Notes under the pieces: model-generated
Told to the model about the DNA's origin: nothing
The model's input: the letters and a program-made list of their open reading frames with translations, nothing else
Database searches by the model: none
Made by a program: the position numbers and the translations under genes
Shown: positions 56,595 to 64,000 of the stretch, in pieces
How positions within the stretch are numbered: the stretch's first letter is position 1
Layout of the letters: each line of letters begins with the position of its first letter
NCBI GenBank assembly: GCA_037133435.1
Contig: JBAXOD010000004.1
Coordinates: 90 to 64,089 of the forward strand
Direction of reading: 5' to 3'
Origin: Candidatus Moraniibacteriota bacterium
GTDB lineage: Bacteria; Patescibacteriota; Minisyncoccia; Moranbacterales; UBA1568
Length of the DNA: 64,000 bases

Positions 56595-58046
56595 TCACGA
56601 TCGGCAAATTTCCGAGGAAATAAGCCGCACGACCCCGTGATCCGCATCCACCTCCACGAGGTCGCCGTCATGGAGGACTCGTGTCGCGTTCGATGTGCCG
56701 ATAATGCACGGGACGTCCAATTCGCGGGACACGATAGCAGCATGACAAGTGACGCCACCTTCATCGGTCACGATCGCGGCCGCCTTTCTCATGAGCGGAA
56801 CATACTCCGTCCTGGTCATGGACGTGACAAGGACGTCCCCTTCTTCAAACGAAGCGAAATCGTTTCCGCCGAAGATCACTTTTACCGTGCCCTTTCCAAA
56901 TCCTTTTCGGGCGACGGTTCCACGGATCTCAGACAGAGACATTTCGGGACGGGACACGAGAACATCATAGATTCTCGCGATAGCCGCATCGGGGTCGGAA
57001 TATTCGAAATGCGGACCCTCGGAATCGCAGAAGACGACACACCGTTTTCTTTTTTCCAATTCGTCACCGTATCCCGGCTGCCGATACCGATCCGTAAAGA
57101 AATCCGCATACGCGGCATTTGGCGCAAGGTCGGTCAAAATTCCGGTGCGCGAGAGAGCTTCCTTCGCCGCGACGGCGATGATCGTCATGATCCGCAACTG
57201 GGGTTCCTTCCGGATATCCCGAGTTTTCATGGACAGCTGGATGAAATCGAACAATTTCCGAAGCGGCGGCTCAAGTGTCGCGCGATACGTCTCCAGCCGT
57301 TCCTTATTCATCCGTATTTCCGACACTCTAAGGCTGATTTCATCTCGTATTCCGGCTGCGCCTCCTTTTTCAATCATCGTTTCTTTCACTTTCGAGTCGA
57401 ATCGATCGATATCGACCGCATCATGATAGTCGGTGAAAATCCACAGAGCGTCTTGAACGTTCCCATCGACCAGATACTTTTCGATCTGTCTGTCGGCTCG
57501 GAGCGAGAAGGATTCGAACACAGGCAGCGTTGTTTTGGCGAGAAATTCATCAAAATTTCGGTCGTTACCTCCGGACTCACGATACATCTTCCGTATCAAT
57601 TCCTCATCGACCGCCTCCGAGAAAATGGACGAGGAAAGGAGATCCCAATACGACTCGAACGCCTCCCGAATTAGCGATTCCATCTGGACGTCGAAATACC
57701 TGCCGAGTTCCGACAGGTTCGTGGTCGAGTACAGGGCGTGGATACGCTCCGACACATTCACGAAATCCGAGTATTCACGAAAGTCATCGTTTTTCTCCAA
57801 CCTGCAGAATCGCTCGTATGAGATCAGCGACGTCTTCGTATACGTTTCCATATCAAAAAACAGCACGCCGTATTTCGGTTTGGCAATAAATAGCACTTTT
57901 TCGAAATCAAAATCGTAATATCGTGACGAGTACGGCGGAAATATTTCGGGTACGAAACTCATGAAAAGAAGGCATGAGAAATTTCCTTCCTGCTTCGTAA
58001 TAGTGGCCGTCTTTATCCCGTCCAGATATCGATCGACATTATCCAT
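56595..58046 (-). CDS. PEP-utilizers swivel-domain protein (N-domain plus phosphohistidine domain).
   Basis: EGDVLVTSMTRTEYVPLMRKAAAIVTDEGGVTCHAAIVSRELDVPCIIGTSNATRVLHDGDLVEVDADHGVV. Confidence 0.7.
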   Translation of the reverse strand: MDNVDRYLDGIKTATITKQEGNFSCLLFMSFVPEIFPPYSSRYYDFDFEKVLFIAKPKYGVLFFDMETYTKTSLISYERFCRLEKNDDFREYSDFVNVSERIHALYSTTNLSELGRYFDVQMESLIREAFESYWDLLSSSIFSEAVDEELIRKMYRESGGNDRNFDEFLAKTTLPVFESFSLRADRQIEKYLVDGNVQDALWIFTDYHDAVDIDRFDSKVKETMIEKGGAAGIRDEISLRVSEIRMNKERLETYRATLEPPLRKLFDFIQLSMKTRDIRKEPQLRIMTIIAVAAKEALSRTGILTDLAPNAAYADFFTDRYRQPGYGDELEKRKRCVVFCDSEGPHFEYSDPDAAIARIYDVLVSRPEMSLSEIRGTVARKGFGKGTVKVIFGGNDFASFEEGDVLVTSMTRTEYVPLMRKAAAIVTDEGGVTCHAAIVSRELDVPCIIGTSNATRVLHDGDLVEVDADHGVVRLISSEICRS

Positions 58047-58057
58047 ATCATATCATC

Positions 58058-59110
58058 TTATCGTGAACCACCGCGTTTCACCACCCGCACCACCCCGTGA
58101 TCCGCGTCCACCTCGACCAGGTCGCCGTCACGGAGGACCTGTGTCGCGAACTTGGTTCCGATGATACAGGGCTTGCCCATCTCGCGTGCGACGATGGACG
58201 CATGGCACGTGATACCGCCCTCGTCGGTGACGAATGCGGCGGCTTGTTTCATGGCGGGAAGGAAATCCGGCGTCGTCATGGGCGACACGAGAATATCCCC
58301 GTCATGCACCGCATCCATATCACTTTGCTTCCGCACGATACGCACGACACCGGTTACGACGCCCTTGCAGGCAGACTGGCCCTCCAGTTCATTCCGATCG
58401 ATCACCGCTTCGGTTTCAAAGACGTATTCCGGATGGGTCGCGACGTATTCATCGATCGTACCGAGTTTCGCCTCTTTGCCGTCTATCAGGAGATACGATT
58501 TCAACCGTCGTTCCAGAATTTCCGCAAACGGAATATTTTCCACCTCGTCCGGCAATACGACTCCGGCCGCCTCGGAGGAAATTCCTGCCAATCCGGAAAT
58601 CTCCGTGCGCACGAACGCATCGTTGTCCGCGAAAAAGTCTGCGATCTCACGGGCACGAACGGCAACTTCCTGAGCCTCATCCGGACTCCTCTCGTCCGTT
58701 CCGGTATAGTAAAACAACGTCATGCGGAGCGCGGCATAAGAGATCGCGTCTGCATAATCCTTCCGGCCCGAAGGAGAAGAAAAGCAGTCTTTCCCGCGAA
58801 GGGTCTCGATATTTTGAAGCACTTCCACGTATTCCTCGAATACCTTTCCGAGAAACGCAGTCCCCTTCCGATTCTCCTCGAGCAACCGGTCCAAGAACCA
58901 CCGCATACCCGTTTGGTGTTCCCAGATTTCCACGACGCCATCACGGACGAAATGTCCGACCAACGGCAGATAGGGATTCTTCCAACCGAATGCCTCTTCG
59001 GTTCCGTGTGAAAGCGTCCCGGCCCAGAGCGCCTGCATATAGAGGGTCGTATCTCTGGAATTGGCTTTCTCGAATCGAAGTGACGGAGCGGGATGTACAA
59101 CGTTCGACAT
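58058..59110 (-). CDS. PEP-utilizers swivel-domain protein (middle domain plus phosphohistidine domain), the partner of the ATP-grasp protein upstream.
   Basis: DGDILVSPMTTPDFLPAMKQAAAFVTDEGGITCHASIVAREMGKPCIIGTKFATQVLRDGDLVEVDADHGVV. Start taken at MSNVVHPAPSL. Confidence 0.7.
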   Translation of the reverse strand: MSNVVHPAPSLRFEKANSRDTTLYMQALWAGTLSHGTEEAFGWKNPYLPLVGHFVRDGVVEIWEHQTGMRWFLDRLLEENRKGTAFLGKVFEEYVEVLQNIETLRGKDCFSSPSGRKDYADAISYAALRMTLFYYTGTDERSPDEAQEVAVRAREIADFFADNDAFVRTEISGLAGISSEAAGVVLPDEVENIPFAEILERRLKSYLLIDGKEAKLGTIDEYVATHPEYVFETEAVIDRNELEGQSACKGVVTGVVRIVRKQSDMDAVHDGDILVSPMTTPDFLPAMKQAAAFVTDEGGITCHASIVAREMGKPCIIGTKFATQVLRDGDLVEVDADHGVVRVVKRGGSR

Positions 59111-59151
59111 AAGGATATATCGAAAAAATATGATCGGGCGACGGAAGACGA

Positions 59152-60114
59152 TCAGTCTTCCTTCGTCGTGCCGCCGGCAAGTGTGGTGATCGGACGTGAC
59201 TGGACGATATGGAATGCGCTCCCTTCGTACGCCCACTCGATGTCGCATGGGAATCCGTAATGATTTTCGATCCGCATGACGATGTCGGCGAGTTCAAGAA
59301 CCAGGGTATCATCGAGTTTCCGGTCCGAGCCGTGCTCACCGAGGTCACGCCATTCGTTCCCGCCGTCTTCCTTGCGGTAGATGCCGCGTGTCTGGTCGCT
59401 CACGTTCACGTCGAGGATATTCCGACCTTTTTTTGAGATAACATAGGAATCCGGGGTGATCTGCCCGGAGACGATCGCCTCGCCCAGTCCGAAGCCGGCC
59501 TCGATGATGATCTGATCATGATCCTCGGTCACCGGATGGACGGAAAACGCGATCCCACTCACCTCGGACTCGATCATTTTTTGCACGACGACCGCTACCG
59601 ACACACGTGAATCACGGAGGCCCTGTTCAAGGCGGTAGAAGATGGCCCGCGGGGTGAAAAGCGAGGCGAAACAGCGTTTCACGTTTCGCAGCAGGGTCGC
59701 CTCGGTGGTATTGAGGAAAGAATCGAGCTGTCCCGCCCACGCGGCCGACGCCGAGTCCTCGGCGGTCGCCGAAGAACGCACCGCAACGAACTTCGCGTCG
59801 AGCTCGATAAACGCATCCGTGACCGCTTTCGCGATATCTTCTGGCATGTTTGCTTCCAAAATGTGCTTCTGTATGCGTTCGCTCGCGTACTCGACCGTGT
59901 GAATCTGATCACGGTTCACATCATTGAGTTCACTTTCGATCTCCTGCACGAGATCCGCTTCCGCAAGAAACCGCTCAAACGCATCCGTAAGGATGACGAA
60001 TCCCTGCGGAACAGGAATACCGGCCTGTGTCATTTCGCCGAGCGATGCGCCCTTGCCCCCGGCGATACCGGCGTCGCTTTTCGAGAGAGAAGCAAAAGGA
60101 AGGATATAGGCCAT
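59152..60114 (-). CDS. Stand-alone PPDK_N-type ATP-grasp nucleotide-binding domain protein (PEP synthase / rifampin phosphotransferase N-domain-like).
   Basis: DAGIAGGKGASLGEM ... FAVRSSATAEDSASAAWAGQ ... DIEWAYEGSAFHIVQSRPIT (canonical domain end). Start taken at MAYILPF. Confidence 0.75.
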   Translation of the reverse strand: MAYILPFASLSKSDAGIAGGKGASLGEMTQAGIPVPQGFVILTDAFERFLAEADLVQEIESELNDVNRDQIHTVEYASERIQKHILEANMPEDIAKAVTDAFIELDAKFVAVRSSATAEDSASAAWAGQLDSFLNTTEATLLRNVKRCFASLFTPRAIFYRLEQGLRDSRVSVAVVVQKMIESEVSGIAFSVHPVTEDHDQIIIEAGFGLGEAIVSGQITPDSYVISKKGRNILDVNVSDQTRGIYRKEDGGNEWRDLGEHGSDRKLDDTLVLELADIVMRIENHYGFPCDIEWAYEGSAFHIVQSRPITTLAGGTTKED

Positions 60115-60130
60115 ATGATTCTTCAAATAA

Positions 60131-60826
60131 TTAACTGATGATGGTTCCTTCGAATGCCTCGCCCGCGAGATATCGGGACACGTTCCCGAGATCGCCACCA
60201 GACAAGATGGCCACTTCCATCCCTTCTTCTTCGGCGAGCTTGGATGCGATCGGATCGAACGGTGCGTTCAATCCCGGCGTCCATTCCGATCCCACGAGCT
60301 CACGAAATTCCGGCCAGGTCATCCTCTCGAATTGCTGCGCATCCGGAAATTCACGCGGATCGCGGTCGTACACGTGATCGATATTGGAAAGGTTGACAAT
60401 CTTCTTCACGCCGAGGTACTTCCCGAGGAGCGTGGCATCGTAGTCGGTCGAGCAACCCGGGCGCCAACCGGCCGCTACGAGAATGGGGCTGCGCGCAAGG
60501 TAGAAATCCTCCAGGTCGTGCGGGTTCGTATTGATGCGCGGATAAGAATACTCGCGGAGTATGGTCCGCAACAGCTGCGCATTGAGACGTGTCGCGTGAA
60601 TACCCATCCAGTCACGATCTTCGTCGGAAACCGGAGTCGCCTCGCTCGCCGCATCGATATACGCCCGCGCCGTCCGCCCCCCTCCGGTCACCACGATGAA
60701 CCGTCTGCCTTTCGCGATCTCGCCCTCGATGAATTCCTTGAACGTCTTCAGAAACCGCCAGTCTATGCCGTCCGGCACGATAAGCGATCCCCCGAGCGAT
60801 ATGATGATGCGATCAGAATCTTCCAT
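60131..60826 (-). CDS. Amino-acid-kinase-family protein, UMP kinase (archaeal/eukaryal-type PyrH)-like.
   Basis: IISLGGSLIVPDG ... FIVVTGGGRTARAYI. Confidence 0.55.
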   Translation of the reverse strand: MEDSDRIIISLGGSLIVPDGIDWRFLKTFKEFIEGEIAKGRRFIVVTGGGRTARAYIDAASEATPVSDEDRDWMGIHATRLNAQLLRTILREYSYPRINTNPHDLEDFYLARSPILVAAGWRPGCSTDYDATLLGKYLGVKKIVNLSNIDHVYDRDPREFPDAQQFERMTWPEFRELVGSEWTPGLNAPFDPIASKLAEEEGMEVAILSGGDLGNVSRYLAGEAFEGTIIS

Positions 60827-61120
60827 AGTGAGTGGTCAGTAATCAGTTATCAGTGAGCATGAAACATTGAACAGGTGGCAGCAAATAGATAAGCGGAACA
60901 GGCTGCCCGAGTACCTCATAACAAAGACCGAAGGAACTTTTTTTTATCTGTCTCCGCGAGGATGTAGTCATCCGTGGCGGTCCAGTATTTTGTTCTCTGT
61001 TCCCTGCATCGCCACGCCGTAGCTTTGTCGAAGGCGGGCATCGCCACGCCGGAGTCTTAGCGGAGATGGGTTTTCTGTTTTAAAAACTGGATTGCCACGC
61101 CTCGCAGAATCGTCTCACAC

Positions 61121-61154
61121 CCGCCTGCAACGCTTTGCGAAGCAATGCGGGCAG
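61121..61154. repeat. Palindrome related to the MITE internal hairpin.
   Basis: ccgcctgcaacgctttgcgaagcaatgcgggcagg. Confidence 0.5.
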
Positions 61155-61183
61155 GAAGACCGAAGGGGTCTGTTCCCTTCCGC

Positions 61184-61210
61184 CTGTTATCTGTTATCTG
61201 TTATCTGTTA
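61184..61210. repeat. (CTGTTAT)x4 heptamer tandem repeat spanning the proS stop codon.
   Basis: ctgttatctgttatctgttatctgtta. Confidence 0.6.
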
Positions 61211-62438
61211 AATATTCCACGAGTTCGGACAATTTGACCATCTCGGTTTCTTCACTCGTCCGACGTTTCACCTCCGCTTCACCGTTTTCTGCGGAACGCT
61301 TGCCGATTACGACCCGGTACGGGATACCCAACAAGTCGCTGTCCGCGAATTTTTCTCCCGCGCGCGCGTCCCGATCGTCATAGAGCACCTCGACACCCGC
61401 GTCGAGCAGCGTCCGATACGCCGCATCGGCTTCCTCGTCCGCCCCGAGCGACAGGAGGTGTACCCTGAAAGGCGCGATCGCCTCGGGCCAGACGAGTCCT
61501 TTTTCATCCGAAAATTGCTCAACCACGATTCCCATGAGCCGAGTGATGCCGATACCGTATGATCCAAGAATCACCGGTTTCTGACTCCCGTCCTCATCCT
61601 TGAAGAAGAGTCCGAGTTGCTCGCATTTCGTCCCGCCGAAACTGAAGATATTTCCCACCTCGACCGCTTTCACTTCCTCGAGCGTCTCACGGTCCAACCC
61701 GAGTTGTGTGACCACCTCGTCCGTCAGCACTTCCTGATTGATCGCGATCTTCTTGTTCCGATCGAGATAGATGACATCTTCCCCAACAGACGAAATCGTC
61801 TGAAATTCATGACTGAACTGCGTGAACGCTCCTCCCGAAGCAAAGGTCAAAAAGGTCGAATCACCGAGTCCGACGCGCTCGAAGACGCGTAGGTATGCCG
61901 CGATTGCACTGTCATAAAAAGCCTTGTGATCCTCTTCCGTGCGACTGTACGAATACAGGTCCTTCATCACAAACTCACGCCCCCGCATGATGCCGGATTT
62001 CGCCCGAAGCTCGTTTCGCAGTTTCGTCTGAAATTGATATCCGTAGACCGGCAAATCCCGATAGCTCGAGATATAGTTCCGCATCATATCCGTGATCGGC
62101 TCCTCGTGCGACCAGCCGAACCCGACCTGCCCGCCGTTCTTGAGCTCCGATTTGAACCACACATCGACCTTGCGGTCGTCCCATCGATCCGTTTTCTCCC
62201 AGAGTTCCTTCCGCTGAAGCGACGTCATGATGAACTCCTGACACCCCAGCGCGTTCATTTCTTCCCTGACGATTCCCTTGATCTTCTCGATTACCCGAAG
62301 CCCGAGCGGCATATAGGCATACACCCCGGCCATCTCCTTGTGGACGTACCCGGCCCGGATCAAGAGCTGCGCATTGCGGCTTTCCTCGTCCTTGGGCGCC
62401 TCCCGCCGCGACCGGGTGAACAGCTGGCTTTGTCTCAT
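61194..62438 (-). CDS. proS: Prolyl-tRNA synthetase, short bacterial form lacking the INS editing domain.
   Basis: MRQSQLFTRSRREAPKDEESRNAQLLIRAGYVHKEMAGVYAYMPLGLRV. Class II motifs present. About 415 aa. Confidence 0.85.
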   Translation of the reverse strand: MRQSQLFTRSRREAPKDEESRNAQLLIRAGYVHKEMAGVYAYMPLGLRVIEKIKGIVREEMNALGCQEFIMTSLQRKELWEKTDRWDDRKVDVWFKSELKNGGQVGFGWSHEEPITDMMRNYISSYRDLPVYGYQFQTKLRNELRAKSGIMRGREFVMKDLYSYSRTEEDHKAFYDSAIAAYLRVFERVGLGDSTFLTFASGGAFTQFSHEFQTISSVGEDVIYLDRNKKIAINQEVLTDEVVTQLGLDRETLEEVKAVEVGNIFSFGGTKCEQLGLFFKDEDGSQKPVILGSYGIGITRLMGIVVEQFSDEKGLVWPEAIAPFRVHLLSLGADEEADAAYRTLLDAGVEVLYDDRDARAGEKFADSDLLGIPYRVVIGKRSAENGEAEVKRRTSEETEMVKLSELVEYLTDNR

Positions 62439-62463
62439 ATCGGCTAAAATTAACAATAGTACC

Positions 62464-62516
62464 CGCTCCCCTGCCAGAGGGGAGCTCCTCGGCTTTGCGA
62501 GGTGAGAGGTGGGAGC
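62464..62516. repeat. REP-like element, family R1, copy e.
   Basis: cgctcccctgccagaggggagctcctcggctttgcgaggtgagaggtgggagc. Confidence 0.55.
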
Positions 62517-62656
62517 AGATTTTTTGCCTCAAATATATACAATCCTAGCCCCTTTTCCTTCCCATCATACCCGAATGCTACACTCGGGTCAAAAAAGAGC
62601 CCATCCTATATAGGATGGCTTTCCCAATTTCCCGCCGCATATCCCCCCCACAACCA

Positions 62657-62696
62657 AAGTTACATTTGCTACGCTATCGCGTAGCAAATGTAACTT
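62657..62696. repeat. 40-bp perfect palindrome, copy 1.
   Basis: aagttacatttgctacgctatcgcgtagcaaatgtaactt, preceded by aaccaa. Confidence 0.7.
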
Positions 62697-62928
62697 CGCC
62701 CGCCACCATAATTGCCGTCAGGCTGTCGCGCTGGCGTAGCGATGCGGACAGGCGCAGTAATACGAGCAGGCAGAGAGGCGTATTGAAAATGGTTTAGATT
62801 TCGGTTTCTAGCGTAACCGAGTATATTCAGCACACCAAGCAAAAAGAAAAACCTTTCCATTACAGAAAGGCGTTCGGTATCCGACCCTGTACGGGTCGAA
62901 TACCAGACAAAGATTCAAAGAACAAGAC

Positions 62929-63768
62929 TCAAAATCCACTGCGGGAGGCCACGGCACGCAAAACCGAGAACGAGCCAACCGGCGTGACCCCGAACACGCA
63001 CGCGCCAAGCGCGCCCGCATCGCCGAAGCAAACGAGGCTGCCGTCGGTCGAAGGGGAAGATGACCATGAATAGAAATCCCTGAATAACTTTTCACCGGTA
63101 CAGCCATGGACGATCAGGTACCGGAAAAATGTGTTTTGCACGGGTTCCCGAAGAAGACGGACGATATCAAGGACGGTAAGGAAAAGTGTCGTAGCAGCAT
63201 TGTTCCCTTGTTCCAGCAGTTGATACGCAACCTTCCGCTCGTATCCTTCCCATTTCGATATCGCTGTTTGCAATGCCCGTGGAAGGCGGCCGCTCAACAG
63301 ACTTTCCATGTTTCCAATCAGAACATCCGTCTGACTGATAAAGTTTTCTCTTGCCGTACCAGCTACCTCTTCGGGTGACACAAATTGCCATCCGCTCCGG
63401 AGTACAGTAGAAGAAACAAGCAAGTCATTTTTCATCCAAGCTCTCTCTTCGTAGTTCCCACTCTCTTCGAATTGGTCACCCCACAGCAATCCCGCGGGAA
63501 GCGAACTCACAACAGACGAATACCAAGTCGCCATCTTCTCGAGCGTTATCGGTGTGTTCTGTAGCCGGTTCGGATAGCAGAACCGAACCGGATAGCAGAT
63601 CAGCATATGCCCCGCTTCTGCATGCAGTTCATAGTCTTTCGACGTCCAGTATCCCGGAAGCGGATCGTCTTTCGGACGGAAACCGAACACCTGTTCGGTC
63701 TGGTCGTCAGCATAGAATTTCTTCCCGAATATGCTTTGTGCATCGGGTATGGTCATTTTGATATCCAT
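62929..63768 (-). CDS. Hypothetical protein (279 aa). GC content is lower than the surrounding genes.
   Basis: ORF MDIKMTIPDAQSIFGKKFYADDQTEQ... with no recognisable family. It is flanked by identical 40-bp palindromes. Confidence 0.45.
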   Translation of the reverse strand: MDIKMTIPDAQSIFGKKFYADDQTEQVFGFRPKDDPLPGYWTSKDYELHAEAGHMLICYPVRFCYPNRLQNTPITLEKMATWYSSVVSSLPAGLLWGDQFEESGNYEERAWMKNDLLVSSTVLRSGWQFVSPEEVAGTARENFISQTDVLIGNMESLLSGRLPRALQTAISKWEGYERKVAYQLLEQGNNAATTLFLTVLDIVRLLREPVQNTFFRYLIVHGCTGEKLFRDFYSWSSSPSTDGSLVCFGDAGALGACVFGVTPVGSFSVLRAVASRSGF

Positions 63769-63947
63769 CGCTCATCTCCGTTTTAAGGTTCATACAGCCA
63801 GCGAATGCTGACCAGACAGAATAGCGTTTTTATACGATTTGTCAATGATACTTTTTTTACTTCCTTTTATAATCCTCGTATGTTCTTCGGTAACGAAATG
63901 CTTCCAAAACGATGCGCTTCTCTCTCCTTCACATAAACCCAACCAAA

Positions 63948-63987
63948 AAGTTACATTTGCTACGCTATCGCGTAGCAAATGTAACTT
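63948..63987. repeat. 40-bp perfect palindrome, copy 2 (identical to 62657-62696, including the aaccaa(a) 5' flank).
   Basis: aagttacatttgctacgctatcgcgtagcaaatgtaactt. Confidence 0.7.
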
Positions 63988-64000
63988 TTCAAAACGAGAT

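Noticed and set aside
59110-59248. Possible frameshift joining the ATP-grasp gene to the downstream swivel gene into a single RPH-like ORF.
   Set aside because: The ATP-grasp ORF ends exactly at the canonical PPDK_N C-terminus (…IVQSRPIT). The overlapping upstream extension of the next ORF is Arg-rich junk. A genuine split gene pair is more likely. This is retained as part of the main finding.
62700-62930. Hairpins (cctttccattacagaaagg; ggtatccgaccctgtacgggtcgaatacc) downstream of gene 62929..63768.
   Set aside because: They lack adjacent T-tracts on either strand, so they were not called terminators and no function is assigned.
63790-63978. 62-aa minus-strand ORF.
   Set aside because: It is short, in AT-rich promoter-like DNA upstream of gene 63768, and overlaps the palindrome. 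It is probably non-coding.
1-64000. tRNA and rRNA search.
   Set aside because: No convincing cloverleaf or T-loop (GTTCRANYC) with flanking acceptor stems was found. The GC-rich hairpins are better explained as REP/MITE elements or terminators.

Overview
This is a high-GC (about 60%) bacterial window of 64 kb. The gene content suggests an uncultivated, envelope-glycosylation-heavy lineage, possibly Patescibacteria-like, but no taxon can be assigned from the sequence. About two thirds of the window encodes cell-surface glycan or protein-glycosylation machinery. This includes three tandem PMT/ArnT-type GT-C transferases, a YfhO-like membrane protein, a GT2-GtrA fusion, a Wzx flippase, a WaaL/Wzy_C ligase, a DegT aminotransferase, a FdtA/WxcM cupin, Ugd plus UDP-GlcA 4-epimerase, four GT4 and two GT2 enzymes, and a TrbC/VirB2-like pilin. 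Housekeeping genes are uvrA, trpB (standalone), proS (no INS domain) and a pyrH-like kinase.

The most unusual locus lies at about 46.0-60.2 kb. It is a minus-strand array of four or five paralogous proteins, each an unknown ~350-aa N-domain fused to a PEP-utilizers swivel phosphohistidine domain, plus one decayed copy. They sit with a single stand-alone PPDK_N ATP-grasp protein, a histidine-phosphatase (RHG) protein, an HD phosphohydrolase, and an M20 / carbamoyltransferase / M20 unit. I interpret this as a split, modular RPH/PpsA-like phosphotransferase system.

Other notable items are a membrane-anchored ClpA/B-type double-AAA+ ATPase embedded among glycosyltransferases, and at least four families of small palindromic or MITE-like repeats. 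Several of these are inserted in-frame inside uvrA and the O-antigen ligase gene, in the manner of Rickettsia palindromic elements. There is also a textbook sigma70 promoter / 52-aa sORF / terminator mini-unit in an AT-rich islet, and remnants of mobile DNA (an IS4 transposase N-terminal fragment and a truncated four-helix-bundle gene). No CRISPR array, rRNA or convincing tRNA was found. The ORF track omits ORFs truncated by the window edge, and one such gene (1..1232, minus strand) was recovered by hand translation.
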